A stretch of 64,000 bases of DNA from Verrucomicrobiia bacterium (GTDB taxonomy: Bacteria > Verrucomicrobiota > Verrucomicrobiia > Limisphaerales > UBA1319). Made by a program: the position numbers and the translations under genes. The stretch is from assembly GCA_963664225.1 (NCBI GenBank), contig OY760937.1:320001-384000 (forward strand), given 5' to 3'. Shown here piece by piece: positions 31,801 through 40,701 of this stretch (the stretch's first letter is position 1; every line of letters begins with the position of its first letter). Under the pieces are notes generated by a model. That model did not search any database, was not told the origin of the DNA, and was given only the letters and a program-made list of their open reading frames with translations.

Positions 31801-32071
31801 GGTGGGGCTGAATTTAACGGGTGCCGATACGGTGATTCATTTCGATCCGTGGTGGAATCCCGCCGTGGAAGACCAGGCCACCGACCGCGTTCACCGCATG
31901 GGCCAGACCCGCCTGGTGACGAGTTACAAACTGATCACACGGGGGACGGTGGAGGAGAAGATTTTGAATTTGCAGCAGCGCAAACGGGAGTTGATCAAAG
32001 GCGCCCTCGGTGACGAAGAGGCGTTGAGCCAGTTGCTGACCTTCGATGAGATATTGGAATTGATGTCGTAG
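28898..32071 (+). CDS. SWIM zinc-finger SNF2-family helicase
   Basis: CGC...CAH, LADEMGLGKT, LDEAQ, TGTP, WWNPAVEDQATDR. Confidence 0.95.
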   Translation: MSAVELTDAFLAKIAGWEAMKRARALLESGKVLSSNWTPPILRGVVQEGSISYRAGLAIKDAIDLENMCGCRESRQWGTICAHSVAVGLHHLHRNDPVPDKGLATAVTSTLLKGPTATVGMPARTGERIGRRLRRVKSGGEPLEISVILPPNLAQAMAKGVIMVCFEGAWRRGRGPLNGLDRNASFELDAKDEALLAYIEEAAGEVPGLMQLRGEAFGTLLKHLVGHSRVTLGKARSLQVSNEPWFPPLQAQLQTNGEIRLQWRGASSGAAVVMAGERQGWVLQGDVVEPIGLPERYLGLLRAPLTLTRAQVPYFLGQDWPIFLQSGKVEANFKLEDFSFAPEAPRFILSLEGGLAQLGALLQCRYGQRIMTLGLTSADETLWLQDPSSPTRYSTRDLTAEQAAQARLARSGFARPDPQDVKGRWRLTGQDAVLTFFAREYPRLQAIWEVTLEERLGQSAARNIERIEPEMEIISSGENWFEMRLDYKSSSGGTFSPAEIQRLLLSGQSHRRLANGKFAIIDTGAVEELQEVLVDCAPEQNSGAYRFSSAHAGFLTSTLREQTGWELKAPEAWKKRFQPGGGAAGVCPALGELETTLRPYQKNGVAWLDFLQRNGFGGILADEMGLGKTVQMLAFLKTMAGEARGPSIIVCPTSLVFNWVAEVKKFTPSLRVLAIEGPNRRPLFKEIANHDLIVTSYALIRRDAEHYKGLEFEAAVLDEAQHIKNRQTQNAQAVKAIRARRRFVLTGTPMENSVLDLWSIFDFLMPGYLGQAKDFRERYEWPIARDKSAAAQARLARRIRPFILRRLKKDVLQDLPEKMEQVSYCDLTAAQGELYQKVLEAGRREITEAVGANGLAKSRMLVFTTLLRLRQICCDPRLLKLEGMDPKTTSGKTEMFGELLEEVLDGGHRTLVFSQFTSMLSLIREALDAEGVTYCYLDGSTTNRAEVVSQFQNDATIPVFLLSLKAGGVGLNLTGADTVIHFDPWWNPAVEDQATDRVHRMGQTRLVTSYKLITRGTVEEKILNLQQRKRELIKGALGDEEALSQLLTFDEILELMS

Positions 32072-32151
32072 TGCCCAGGAGTTCCTGGGCGCCACAAATT
32101 CAAATTGGATCAAGACGTTCCGCTACTTAACCGAGTCGAATCATCACCCGC

Positions 32152-32601
32152 TTACCGCCGTGGGCGCAGGAGAATGGCCTTATTGGTGGTGCCTTCGACT
32201 TCGATGCTGTGCGTTTCCACCGTGGGATCGTCCTTCAAGGCGTTGTGAACGATGAAGCGGTCAAAACCGTTCAAGGGTTCCAATTCCACGATATCGCCCC
32301 AGCGCCGGACTTTCTCCGCAGCTTCCTTGGCTTTGGCGATGAGGGCGTCGCGCGCCTGGGAACGATAATTGGCGACATCGACCAACACCTTGGGCGCGGT
32401 TTGGTCCTGCTGGAAGATCAGGCGGTTGGTCAGGTATTGGAGCGCGATGAGCGTCTGGCCCTTGCGGCCGATCAAGCGCCCGGCATCGTCGGTCTTGATC
32501 TCCAGGAGGGGACCTTCCTCAAGCATGTGCTCCTCCACGGTGGCTTCGAAACCGAGGAGGTAGAGAAACTCTTCCAGGATTAATTTGGGATTAGCTGGCA
32601 T
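32152..32601 (-). CDS. jag: Jag/KhpB-like KH-R3H RNA-binding protein
   Basis: GRLIGRKGQTL (KH), DRFIVH (R3H); downstream of yidC. Confidence 0.88.
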   Translation of the reverse strand: MPANPKLILEEFLYLLGFEATVEEHMLEEGPLLEIKTDDAGRLIGRKGQTLIALQYLTNRLIFQQDQTAPKVLVDVANYRSQARDALIAKAKEAAEKVRRWGDIVELEPLNGFDRFIVHNALKDDPTVETHSIEVEGTTNKAILLRPRR

Positions 32602-32667
32602 AAGCGATTTGGGGTTAAATCAAGAGCCATCCAGTTGATGCGATTGACACGATTGGCATTGAGCGTC

Positions 32668-34473
32668 TCATGGTTTGGATTTGCGCGATCCAAACGCTCC
32701 GGGTGTGGGCGCGCGGTGCTTCCTGGGCGGTTCGATGGTGACGTCCTGGTTCTTGGTCAATTTCATCTGCGCGATCGTCAGCAAGTTTTGCACGGTCCAA
32801 TAAAGAGACAGGCCCGCAGAGTAATTGTAGAGGAAGAGAATGAACATGAGGGGCATGTACTTCATGATCTTCTGCTGCATGGGATCCATGCTGGGGGACG
32901 GCGGAGTCATCCGGGCCTGCCAGAGCATGGTCACACCCATGAACAGGGGCAGGGGATTGACCGGGAACGCGATGCCGGGAATCGTGAAAATGGTGTCGGC
33001 CACGGATAGATCCTTGACCCACAGGAAACTGGCGCCGCGCAATTCGATGGCGCTCTGGAGCATTTTATAAAATCCGAAGAATACGGGAATCTGGAGCAGC
33101 ATGGGGAAACAACCGCTGGCGGGGTTGACCTTGTTTTCCTTCATGAACTCCATCGTCTTCTGGTTCATCTTCTTGGGATCGTCCTTATACTTCTCCTTGA
33201 TCTCATTCATCTGCGGCTGCAAGGCGGCCATGCGTTTCATGGAGCGCGTGCTGGCGTTGGTCAGTGGCCAGAACAGGAGCTTGATCAAAACGGTGATGAC
33301 AATAATCGCCCAGCCGTAGCCCAGGTTGAGGGCATGCAGGCCGTTCATCGAGATGAGCAGCAACTTGGCGAAGAAACCAAAGAAACCGCTGTAATCCATG
33401 ATGAGGTCCAGGTCGTTCTTCATCGCCACGCCAATGCGCGCGAGCGAATTATACTCCTTGGGACCGGCGTAGATTGTGAACCGTTTCTCCAGCGCCTGGT
33501 TGGCCGGAAGAATCGTTTCTGGAAAGACCATGGACGCCTGATAGCCGTAGGGTTTGGCAACCAGCCGGCTGTTATCCGCCAATTCCGCCGAGGTGGGGGC
33601 CGGCAGGTCCACTTTGCGGGCCAGAACGCGCAATGCGGGCTCATTGGTGGAAATCAACGCAACGGTGAAAAACTGGTTATGCACCGCGGCCCACGCCATA
33701 TTGGTTCCCGACACATACTCGGTGCGCGGGGTTCCGGGCAGACAGCCGAGGGTGCGGTTTGCAAACCAGCCGTCCCCGATATATTCGGCCTTGGCGCCAT
33801 TGTAGGCGATGATTCCCAACATCATCGTGTTCTTGTCCATGTCGCCCAGAGGCGTCGCCGTGCCGACATTCCATTCGGTTGCGGGAATCGCCAGCGGCTT
33901 GCCGGTGTTGTTTTCGATGCGCGCCGTGGTTTCAATCAGGTAATTGGTGCTGAGGTGGTATTCCTTGATGAAGGTGACGCCATTGGTGAGGCGTTTTTCC
34001 GCGCGCACCCCGGTGGTGGTTTTTGCCAACGTGAACTGGCCATCGCCTTCGAGGCCGGCCGGGCTGAGCAAGGCGAAGACAGGCAACGACGCCTTGGTGT
34101 TCAGGGTGGCGAGATTGGTCGCCAGGACGGATTTTTTGCCCTGTCCCACCACTTCGGGATATTTCTTGAGATCGAATTCCTTGATGCCGCCGCTCAGGGA
34201 GGAGAAGGTGTAACGCACGTTCTCGGTTTCTAAGACCAGCAACTTTTCCGGCTGTTTCTCGAGAACACGCAGGCGATTGTCCGCGCGCAATTGCGTCACG
34301 GCGGAGGTCTCCGTCACATTGGACCGGGCCGAAAGATTGGTGCTGGAGGCGTAGGCTACGGCATTGGTTTTCAGCGGCAACGGCTGCGGCGGGAACATCT
34401 TTGGCAGCATGACGTTCCAAGCCAGGAAAATCAGGAAGCTGATGAACAGGATGAGATATGATTTGCGGTCCAT
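32668..34473 (-). CDS. yidC: Membrane protein insertase YidC
   Basis: YAGPKE, GWAIIVITVLIK, GCFPMLLQIPVF, GLSLYW. Confidence 0.97.
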   Translation of the reverse strand: MDRKSYLILFISFLIFLAWNVMLPKMFPPQPLPLKTNAVAYASSTNLSARSNVTETSAVTQLRADNRLRVLEKQPEKLLVLETENVRYTFSSLSGGIKEFDLKKYPEVVGQGKKSVLATNLATLNTKASLPVFALLSPAGLEGDGQFTLAKTTTGVRAEKRLTNGVTFIKEYHLSTNYLIETTARIENNTGKPLAIPATEWNVGTATPLGDMDKNTMMLGIIAYNGAKAEYIGDGWFANRTLGCLPGTPRTEYVSGTNMAWAAVHNQFFTVALISTNEPALRVLARKVDLPAPTSAELADNSRLVAKPYGYQASMVFPETILPANQALEKRFTIYAGPKEYNSLARIGVAMKNDLDLIMDYSGFFGFFAKLLLISMNGLHALNLGYGWAIIVITVLIKLLFWPLTNASTRSMKRMAALQPQMNEIKEKYKDDPKKMNQKTMEFMKENKVNPASGCFPMLLQIPVFFGFYKMLQSAIELRGASFLWVKDLSVADTIFTIPGIAFPVNPLPLFMGVTMLWQARMTPPSPSMDPMQQKIMKYMPLMFILFLYNYSAGLSLYWTVQNLLTIAQMKLTKNQDVTIEPPRKHRAPTPGAFGSRKSKP

Positions 34474-34482
34474 TCTGAGTTG

Positions 34483-34737
34483 TTAGAAATGATTTTTCAA
34501 AGGGGGCACTGGATCGAAACCCGATCCGCCCAGGGGATGACAGCGACAGATGCGCCTGCCTGTCAACCAAAGCCCACGTATAAAACCGTGGGTATGAAGA
34601 GCTTCAATGCCGTATTCCGAGCAGGAGGGAGAAAAGCGGCACTTCCCCATGGGTCCAAATAGGAGCGTTTTCATCGGCGAGAGCGCATACCGATAAAAGG
34701 CAATGGCCACGATGGCCAGTTTCGCAGGCAGGTTCAT
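34483..34737 (-). CDS. yidD: Membrane protein insertion efficiency factor YidD
   Basis: [23 protein letters not shown]. Confidence 0.96.
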   Translation of the reverse strand: MNLPAKLAIVAIAFYRYALSPMKTLLFGPMGKCRFSPSCSEYGIEALHTHGFIRGLWLTGRRICRCHPLGGSGFDPVPPLKNHF

Positions 34738-35108
34738 AACTGGGGGCGCAAACCGGCCTGCCGCATAAACCGGAGATAATCCTGCTCCACGCTTTCGTAT
34801 GGTTTGTTCACCATGGATGCTCTGGGTATCAAGATGATCCGGGCCGGCTTGTTTAATTCATGCTGATGCTGCCTGAATACCTCCCTTAACAGGCGACGGG
34901 CACGGGCGCGCACCACCGCATTTCCCAATTTACGACTGGTGATGACTCCCAACTGCGAGCAGCCGTCGGACGGCAACACTTCCCAATTGACAATGATCGA
35001 ACCGGAGGACATGCGCCGCCCTTGCATTTTGAGCCGGGCAAAAACCCGCGTATCGTTCAACCGCATTTTGGCAGGGAACGTTAAACGGGCGCGGGAGGTG
35101 CCGGACAT
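34734..35108 (-). CDS. rnpA: Ribonuclease P protein component
   Basis: [24 protein letters not shown]; conserved synteny. Confidence 0.93.
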   Translation of the reverse strand: MSGTSRARLTFPAKMRLNDTRVFARLKMQGRRMSSGSIIVNWEVLPSDGCSQLGVITSRKLGNAVVRARARRLLREVFRQHQHELNKPARIILIPRASMVNKPYESVEQDYLRFMRQAGLRPQL

Positions 35109-35125
35109 GGCTGCCTCCCAAGGAC

Positions 35126-35263
35126 TTATACCGGGGTGAGACGTTTGCGGCCCACCCGGCGGCGGTTGGCCAAAGTGGCCTTGCCGCTCTTGGTCGAATT
35201 ACGATTCAAAAAACCATGCTGCCGTTGGCGGCGAATTTTCGACGGTTGATATTGGCGTTTCAT
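35126..35263 (-). CDS. rpmH: 50S ribosomal protein L34 (absent from the ORF track)
   Basis: Manual translation [45 protein letters not shown]. Confidence 0.97.
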   Translation of the reverse strand: MKRQYQPSKIRRQRQHGFLNRNSTKSGKATLANRRRVGRKRLTPV

Positions 35264-35502
35264 GTATCTTTCTTCTAATAGCGTTCCACTACCTCAAACT
35301 AACGCGGGTTCCCATAATACCCCGCTTCGGGCAAAGCGCAAGAAACTATCAATGAAGGGCCAAGTGTCAAGCCAAGCAGCAAAAAAACTCCACTTTCGCA
35401 TCATTTAGACTGGTCGCTCCCTTTTTTTGAGGTTTTTTGGCGCCAGTGAATCCTGGGAAGCCCGCTTATGCGCTCTTCCGGCACTATGACGGAATGGGGA
35501 AG

Positions 35503-36318
35503 CTATGAATTCCCGATTTTCTTGAAAAACGCGTTCGCGGCGGTGTTGGTGGCCTGGGCCAGGTCGTCCATGGAGCAATCCTTGACTTGCGCCACGGCAC
35601 GGGCGGTTTCCATGACGTAGGCGGGTTCGCAGCGTTTTCCGCGGTAGGGAACGGGGGCGAGGAATGGACAGTCGGTCTCGAGCATGAAGCCGCCCAGCGG
35701 AATGGTTTTCAGAGTGTCCCGGACGTTCTGGCCATTCTTGAAAGTGACGATGCCTGTGAAACTGACGAGATGGCCGGCATCGAGAACGCGCCGGGCCATT
35801 TCCGGGGAATCAACAAAGCAGTGAAAGACCGCGCGCAGTTTTACCGCAAACGGCGCGATCATGGACATCGTATCCTCGAACGCCTCGCGTTGGTGAACGA
35901 CGCAGTTCAATCCAAATTCCGAGGCCACTTCCAACTGCTGCTGAAAGAGGGCGGCTTGCTTGAGCTTGATGGCGGCATCGTCGGCAGGGTTTCCGCCGGG
36001 TTGTTTGGAGGGCAGGCGCGAATAGTCCAATCCGGTCTCCCCAATGGCCACGCATTTGGGATGGGCGGCGAGTTGGCGTAAGGCCGGCCTCAGATCGTCC
36101 GGCGCTTCCGGGGCGTCGGAGGGGTGCCAGCCAATAACCGCGAAGACGTTGGAATACTGTTCGGTCAGGCGCAAGGCGCGTTCGCTGCTGGGCAGGCTGG
36201 TGCCGACACTGATGATGCGGGTGATGCCCGCAGTTCGCGCGCGCTCGATGATCTGCGGAAGATCGGGCGCGAAATCAGGATAATCCAAATGGGCGTGCGT
36301 ATCGCAAAATTCAGCCAT
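35503..36318 (-). CDS. tatD: TatD-family hydrolase
   Basis: DTHAHL, AIGETGLDY, VFHCF, ETDCPFLAP. Confidence 0.95.
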   Translation of the reverse strand: MAEFCDTHAHLDYPDFAPDLPQIIERARTAGITRIISVGTSLPSSERALRLTEQYSNVFAVIGWHPSDAPEAPDDLRPALRQLAAHPKCVAIGETGLDYSRLPSKQPGGNPADDAAIKLKQAALFQQQLEVASEFGLNCVVHQREAFEDTMSMIAPFAVKLRAVFHCFVDSPEMARRVLDAGHLVSFTGIVTFKNGQNVRDTLKTIPLGGFMLETDCPFLAPVPYRGKRCEPAYVMETARAVAQVKDCSMDDLAQATNTAANAFFKKIGNS

Positions 36319-36362
36319 GCGCAGGAAAAATCGGGCGTTATCGGGGCCAATTCAAGGAAATA

Positions 36363-37802
36363 TTAGTTTGCCACCGCGTCCTTCGCCCAGACGTAGGTGC
36401 CCACAGCCCCGGCGTTCAGAGTGGAGGAAACGATTTTTCCGTGATCGCGGATGTCGAAGTCCTGCGGCGTTCGGCTGGTGTTCAGGACAATGAGAACCCT
36501 TTGCGAATTGGGTGTTGTGAAGGCCACATTGGGGAGATTCTCCAGATTGTTGGAGGCGATACGAACGGAACCGGGTCGCACGAATTTGGAGGCGTGGGCC
36601 ACGATGTAATAGGCCGGGTTGCGGGTGACTTTGTTGCCGTCGATGGTCACGGCGCCCAGGCAACGGTCGCAGCCGCCGCGGTCGGTGTGGGGATTCAGAT
36701 CGGGATCGGACGACAGGTTCCATTCCAGGACGGTGCGGCTCCAGTTGCGTGTGGCGCCGATGATCAGGTTCCTCACATGCGTCCGGATGTCCCTGTTCTT
36801 ATCGCCCGGCGCGCCCACCCATTGCTCGGTGAAGTAGATGTGTTTATCCGGATGGGCGTCGTGAACCTGGGAGAGCGCCTCGATTTTTCCGGCATAGAAA
36901 TGGAATGCGGAACCATCCACGAACTTTTTCGCGGCAGGATCGTTCAGGACGGTGATGGGATAATCGGGACGATCGGCGTTGTGATCGTAAATAATGATTT
37001 TTGTGTCGATTTTGGCGGCCTGGAATGCAGGGCCGAGGTGGTTTTTGATGAATTCGGCCTGTTGCGGGGCGAGCATCAGCAGGCTCGGATTATTGCCCGG
37101 ATGCAGCGGTTCGTTTTGAATGGTGATCGCGTCGATGCGGATGCCTTCGGCCTTCATGGCCTGGATATACTTCACGAAATATTTCGCATAGGCCGGCAGA
37201 CACTCCGATTTCAAGCTGCCGCCACGGGTGTCATTGGTGGTTTTCATCCAGGTGGGCGGTGACCAGGGCGAGGCCAGAATTTTGATCGTCGGCTGGATGG
37301 AGATGATTTTCTTCAGGACAGGGATCACATCGGCGCGGTCCGGACCCAGATCGAATTTCGCCATTTCGGGATCGGTCTGACCATCGGGCAAATCGTCATA
37401 GGAAAAGACGCGTTCGTTGAGATCGGAAGCGCCCAGACTGACCCTGAGATAAGCGCTGCCGAGGCCTTCGCTGCCGAACAATTCTTTCAACAATGCAGTC
37501 CGGCTGGCGGCGTCCATGCGAATGATGTGCTGGGCGCTGCCGCCGGTCAGGCACCAGCCGAAGCCTTCCATGGATTGGTAGGTCTGGGCGTCGTCAATGT
37601 CGATCGTGGGATGGGCATTTGTGGCGGTGGCAGAAGTGTTAAAGGGCAGGGGCTCGGTCTGTTTTTCAAAGAGAATGGCTTTGTCCGGGCTGGTGAGCCA
37701 TAAATTGACCTGGGCTTTGGCCGTGAAGTTGGTGGTGTTCCACAAAAATAGTCCCAGCACGCAAGCCATGACGGATGGGCCAATCCGGCGATTTGTTTTC
37801 AT
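36363..37802 (-). CDS. Glycoside hydrolase family 30
   Basis: ASPWSPPTWMK, TIQNEP, YFTEQW, HASKFVRPGSVRI; start inferred at MKTNRR. Confidence 0.9.
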   Translation of the reverse strand: MKTNRRIGPSVMACVLGLFLWNTTNFTAKAQVNLWLTSPDKAILFEKQTEPLPFNTSATATNAHPTIDIDDAQTYQSMEGFGWCLTGGSAQHIIRMDAASRTALLKELFGSEGLGSAYLRVSLGASDLNERVFSYDDLPDGQTDPEMAKFDLGPDRADVIPVLKKIISIQPTIKILASPWSPPTWMKTTNDTRGGSLKSECLPAYAKYFVKYIQAMKAEGIRIDAITIQNEPLHPGNNPSLLMLAPQQAEFIKNHLGPAFQAAKIDTKIIIYDHNADRPDYPITVLNDPAAKKFVDGSAFHFYAGKIEALSQVHDAHPDKHIYFTEQWVGAPGDKNRDIRTHVRNLIIGATRNWSRTVLEWNLSSDPDLNPHTDRGGCDRCLGAVTIDGNKVTRNPAYYIVAHASKFVRPGSVRIASNNLENLPNVAFTTPNSQRVLIVLNTSRTPQDFDIRDHGKIVSSTLNAGAVGTYVWAKDAVAN

Positions 37803-37925
37803 GTCCTTGATCAAAACCCAACGACGAAAATATGCGAGTGAAATCGGGGTTGAGAGAAACAATGGGGGGCAGATCCGGGGAAGAGCGAATGCCAGGGGCA
37901 CAGGCTATTGTCTGAAGCCCCCTTG

Positions 37926-38261
37926 TTAGGCTGCCGGTGTCTCATGACAATAACCTATGCGTTTCATCAACTCCTCGCCGCGCGCAAGGTCAACAACATT
38001 GGGACCTTTCTTAAGCATGGAAGAAATCAACTCGGTCCAATAACTACTGTCGGAGATGCGCAACTGATCGCCACCGTGAACCCATCCCGTGCGGGCAAGC
38101 TCGGCAAACGTATCCGCCAAACCAAGCCGTGATAGCTGCGGCCGCAATGTCTGGGGCATGCCATCAGCAGTGCAATAGAGCCGCAAGCAAAACTGCTCTG
38201 CGTCGGGATAACTCATGCCTTCCGGCAACCGCTGCATAAAATATGACGCCACATTTTGCAT
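37926..38261 (-). CDS. Gene-cassette hypothetical protein
   Basis: ATG inside GTTATGC; stop inside GCCTAAC (37925-37931); the rest of the attC is missing. Confidence 0.65.
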   Translation of the reverse strand: MQNVASYFMQRLPEGMSYPDAEQFCLRLYCTADGMPQTLRPQLSRLGLADTFAELARTGWVHGGDQLRISDSSYWTELISSMLKKGPNVVDLARGEELMKRIGYCHETPAA

Positions 38262-38274
38262 AACGCTAGGCAGC

Positions 38275-38374
38275 AACTAATGTGCAAAAATGAGCCACCG
38301 CCGACTCGCGACATGAAGTGCGATAGCGGAACGGCCTGTGCCCACGTTCGCACGCAGGAACGCTCTGGTTAAAC
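38275..38374 (-). other. Degenerate attC site
   Basis: R'' GTTTAAC; right arm TTCCGCT...CGGCGGTGGCTCA; R' decayed to ATTAGTT; 100 bp. Confidence 0.65.
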
Positions 38375-38384
38375 CATGACTTTC

Positions 38385-38654
38385 TCATGCTTTCGGAGCT
38401 TTTGTAAGCCATATCACAACCACACCCAGCATTGCTAAACCAATCGCAACTAACAAGGCGTGCAAACGAAAATCTTGGGAGGCGGATTCTGCTACACTCA
38501 TCAATACATCTCGCGGCACTTGCGCTTCACGATACTCAGAGCCCAGCTTCAAGAATCCCCACATTGCGCGAGAACCAATCACAACCAGTGCGGCAGCGAA
38601 ATAAGCGAGGCATAGCCATAGAGCCGCAAGTTGGTATCTGCTAATATGTCTCAT
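38385..38654 (-). CDS. Gene-cassette two-TM hypothetical protein
   Basis: Lies between GTTAAAT and GTTTAAC cores; two hydrophobic helices. Confidence 0.7.
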   Translation of the reverse strand: MRHISRYQLAALWLCLAYFAAALVVIGSRAMWGFLKLGSEYREAQVPRDVLMSVAESASQDFRLHALLVAIGLAMLGVVVIWLTKAPKA

Positions 38655-38667
38655 GGTGTGAGAAGTG

Positions 38668-38767
38668 ATTTAACAAAAAAACTGAGCCACCGCCGCAGCG
38701 AGGACGCCGATTGCGAAACCAAACTGCGACAGCCTTCCAAGGTCTGCTGCAGCGAAAACAGTTCGGA
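38668..38767 (-). other. Degenerate attC site
   Basis: TCCGAAC...GGCGGTGGCTCAGTTTTTTT-GTTAAAT; 100 bp; right arm shared with 38275-38374. Confidence 0.7.
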
Positions 38768-38777
38768 ATTTCTAGGT

Positions 38778-39257
38778 TCACATTCTTGTCGTCGAAAAGT
38801 AAATCGCTGAAGCTGATGGCGAAAGTGCAACGAAACCGCCCGAACGGCCAGTGAGAGTCTTTGGCGAGTAGAATTCACAGCCTTCGAATGCCGTGGCCGT
38901 CGGCCACCAAGATGGAGGGACAACCGGACTGGTGAAGGTCGGAGACGGTGCTGGAACGATCGCAGGCGACAAGGCCATGCGCCACTTGGAGAGATCGGCG
39001 GAGGGAATAATGATAACTCCGGATAACCACACATCCGAGGGGCCAGGAACCCTGCCACCGCTATTATCTTGGACGTCCTCGACCATATGAGCATCGAGGA
39101 GCGGCCCGGGAAGCTGGCAATATTTCGCGAGAATGGAAGAGGCGCGGGTAACGCGTTCCTGCTGTGTGCCCGTAATCTCGCTTCGCGAAAGTGACGGGAA
39201 AGATGGACTGCACGCCACGAATGCGAAACACAGCAGACATGTTAACGTAATTTTCAC
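38778..39257 (-). CDS. Gene-cassette lipoprotein
   Basis: Lipobox FVAC; GTG start just after GTTCATA; followed by an attC. Confidence 0.7.
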   Translation of the reverse strand: MKITLTCLLCFAFVACSPSFPSLSRSEITGTQQERVTRASSILAKYCQLPGPLLDAHMVEDVQDNSGGRVPGPSDVWLSGVIIIPSADLSKWRMALSPAIVPAPSPTFTSPVVPPSWWPTATAFEGCEFYSPKTLTGRSGGFVALSPSASAIYFSTTRM

Positions 39258-39268
39258 GAGACGCTATG

Positions 39269-39319
39269 AACCGCCGAGCTGTTAATAACCGCTGAGCTGT
39301 TAATAACCGCTGAGCAGTT
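39269..39319. repeat. 18-bp tandem repeat (about 2.8 copies)
   Basis: AACCGC(C/T)GAGCTGTTAAT twice plus AACCGCTGAGCAGTT. Confidence 0.95.
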
Positions 39320-39487
39320 CTTCATCGCGAGCCACCCGGCAACTTTGAGCGTGATGTCGTTGAACGTCATTATTTGATGAGTAATTATTTCGGTCACGAA
39401 CCGGCCCTTTTCTCCCCAACGAATTTCAGGGTGGGCTGCCATGGAATATGCGTCAAGCGGTTTGTGAAGATGACTCTTCACCCGCGC

Positions 39488-40603
39488 TCAGGGGAGGCGG
39501 CTGGTCAGCCAGAAACCGGCGCCGCCAAAGAGCATGTTCGGGAACCAGGCGGCGAGCACGGGCGGGAGGTAGCCGCCGGTGCCCAGGGCCAGGCCCAGCT
39601 TGAGCAGGACAAAGTAGGCGAAGCAGATGAAGATGCTGCTGGCCACGCCCACGAAGACGTTGCGGCGGCCGGGAGCGGCCCCGAAGGGTAGGGCGATGAG
39701 GACTACGACGAGGCAGGTCCAGGGTTCGGCGAGGCGTCCCTGCAACTGGGTGTTGAGCTTGGCCGATTCCGCCGGGGGCAGGTGGCGGTGCAGGCGCAGG
39801 TAGTTGCGGATTTCGCGGATGGAGAGCTGGGCTTTCTTGGCGGCGCGAATATTCGAGAGGCCGCTGATTTTGATCTCGCTGCGGATCAGTTCGGGCGTTT
39901 CGCCAAATTCGGCCATTACCAGACGATTGGTGTCAATGCGGGTGCCGGGTTGTCCGGGTGCGTAGATGACTTCCACCACGTTGTGAAACACCCAGCCTTC
40001 AGAGGTATATTCGGCGCGCGCGGCGAGAAAGTTTTTTCGAGTGCCATCCGGCAAACGCCATTCGACCTGGGGCTGAACCATTTCAGCGGTCTCGGTGTTG
40101 TAAGCGGCGATGTTCCAGATGCGGTTTTCAAAGTCGTTCTTAAAATTCAGGTTGCGCTGCCATTGGCGTTCGAGGGTTCCGGGGGCGACGGGTTCGCGGC
40201 GGTGCAGGATGCGTTCGGCGTTGTCGCTGCTGTCGGGAGCCTGGAATTCGTTGAGATAAAAGACGCCCAGGCAGAATAGAAAACCGACGGCCAGATAGGG
40301 CATGGCGGTGCGCCAGAGGCTGACCCCGGCGGCGCGAATGGCAATCAATTCATGATGGCGGGCGTGGTTCGTCAGGGCATAGAGGAGGGCGAGCAGGAAG
40401 GCGATGGGCACGATCAGCACCAGCAATTCAGGCATTTTGACCAGGTAATAGGAGGCGATGTCCCCGGCGGTCATCTGGTGGCGCTGGAAGGTTTCGAGTT
40501 CGGTGATGAGGTCGAAGGAAACCCAGAAAACGAGAAAGCCACTCAGGCAATAACCGAGCGGCAATAACAGTTCGCGCAACAGGTAACGATCCAGAAGTCG
40601 CAT
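39488..40603 (-). CDS. LptF/LptG family LPS export permease
   Basis: MRLLDRYLLRE, ELIAIRAAGVSL, AAWFPN; six TM helices. Confidence 0.92.
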   Translation of the reverse strand: MRLLDRYLLRELLLPLGYCLSGFLVFWVSFDLITELETFQRHQMTAGDIASYYLVKMPELLVLIVPIAFLLALLYALTNHARHHELIAIRAAGVSLWRTAMPYLAVGFLFCLGVFYLNEFQAPDSSDNAERILHRREPVAPGTLERQWQRNLNFKNDFENRIWNIAAYNTETAEMVQPQVEWRLPDGTRKNFLAARAEYTSEGWVFHNVVEVIYAPGQPGTRIDTNRLVMAEFGETPELIRSEIKISGLSNIRAAKKAQLSIREIRNYLRLHRHLPPAESAKLNTQLQGRLAEPWTCLVVVLIALPFGAAPGRRNVFVGVASSIFICFAYFVLLKLGLALGTGGYLPPVLAAWFPNMLFGGAGFWLTSRLP

Positions 40604-40701
40604 TCGACGCGAAGAGTATCCCCGGACGGGGTTCAAGGCAAGAAGGGTCGCGCCTGTTTTTGAGGTTGGCAAATCTGGAGAAGCTGGGTTACTGTCGCGC
40701 C

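Noticed and set aside
35264..35502. oriC upstream of rpmH
   Set aside because: No dnaA and no DnaA-box cluster; the neighbouring gene is tatD.
38651..39094. 147-aa alternative ORF across the cassette boundary
   Set aside because: It overlaps the lipoprotein cassette out of frame and runs through an attC.
39269..39319. CRISPR array
   Set aside because: The repeats are contiguous with no spacers, and there are no cas genes.
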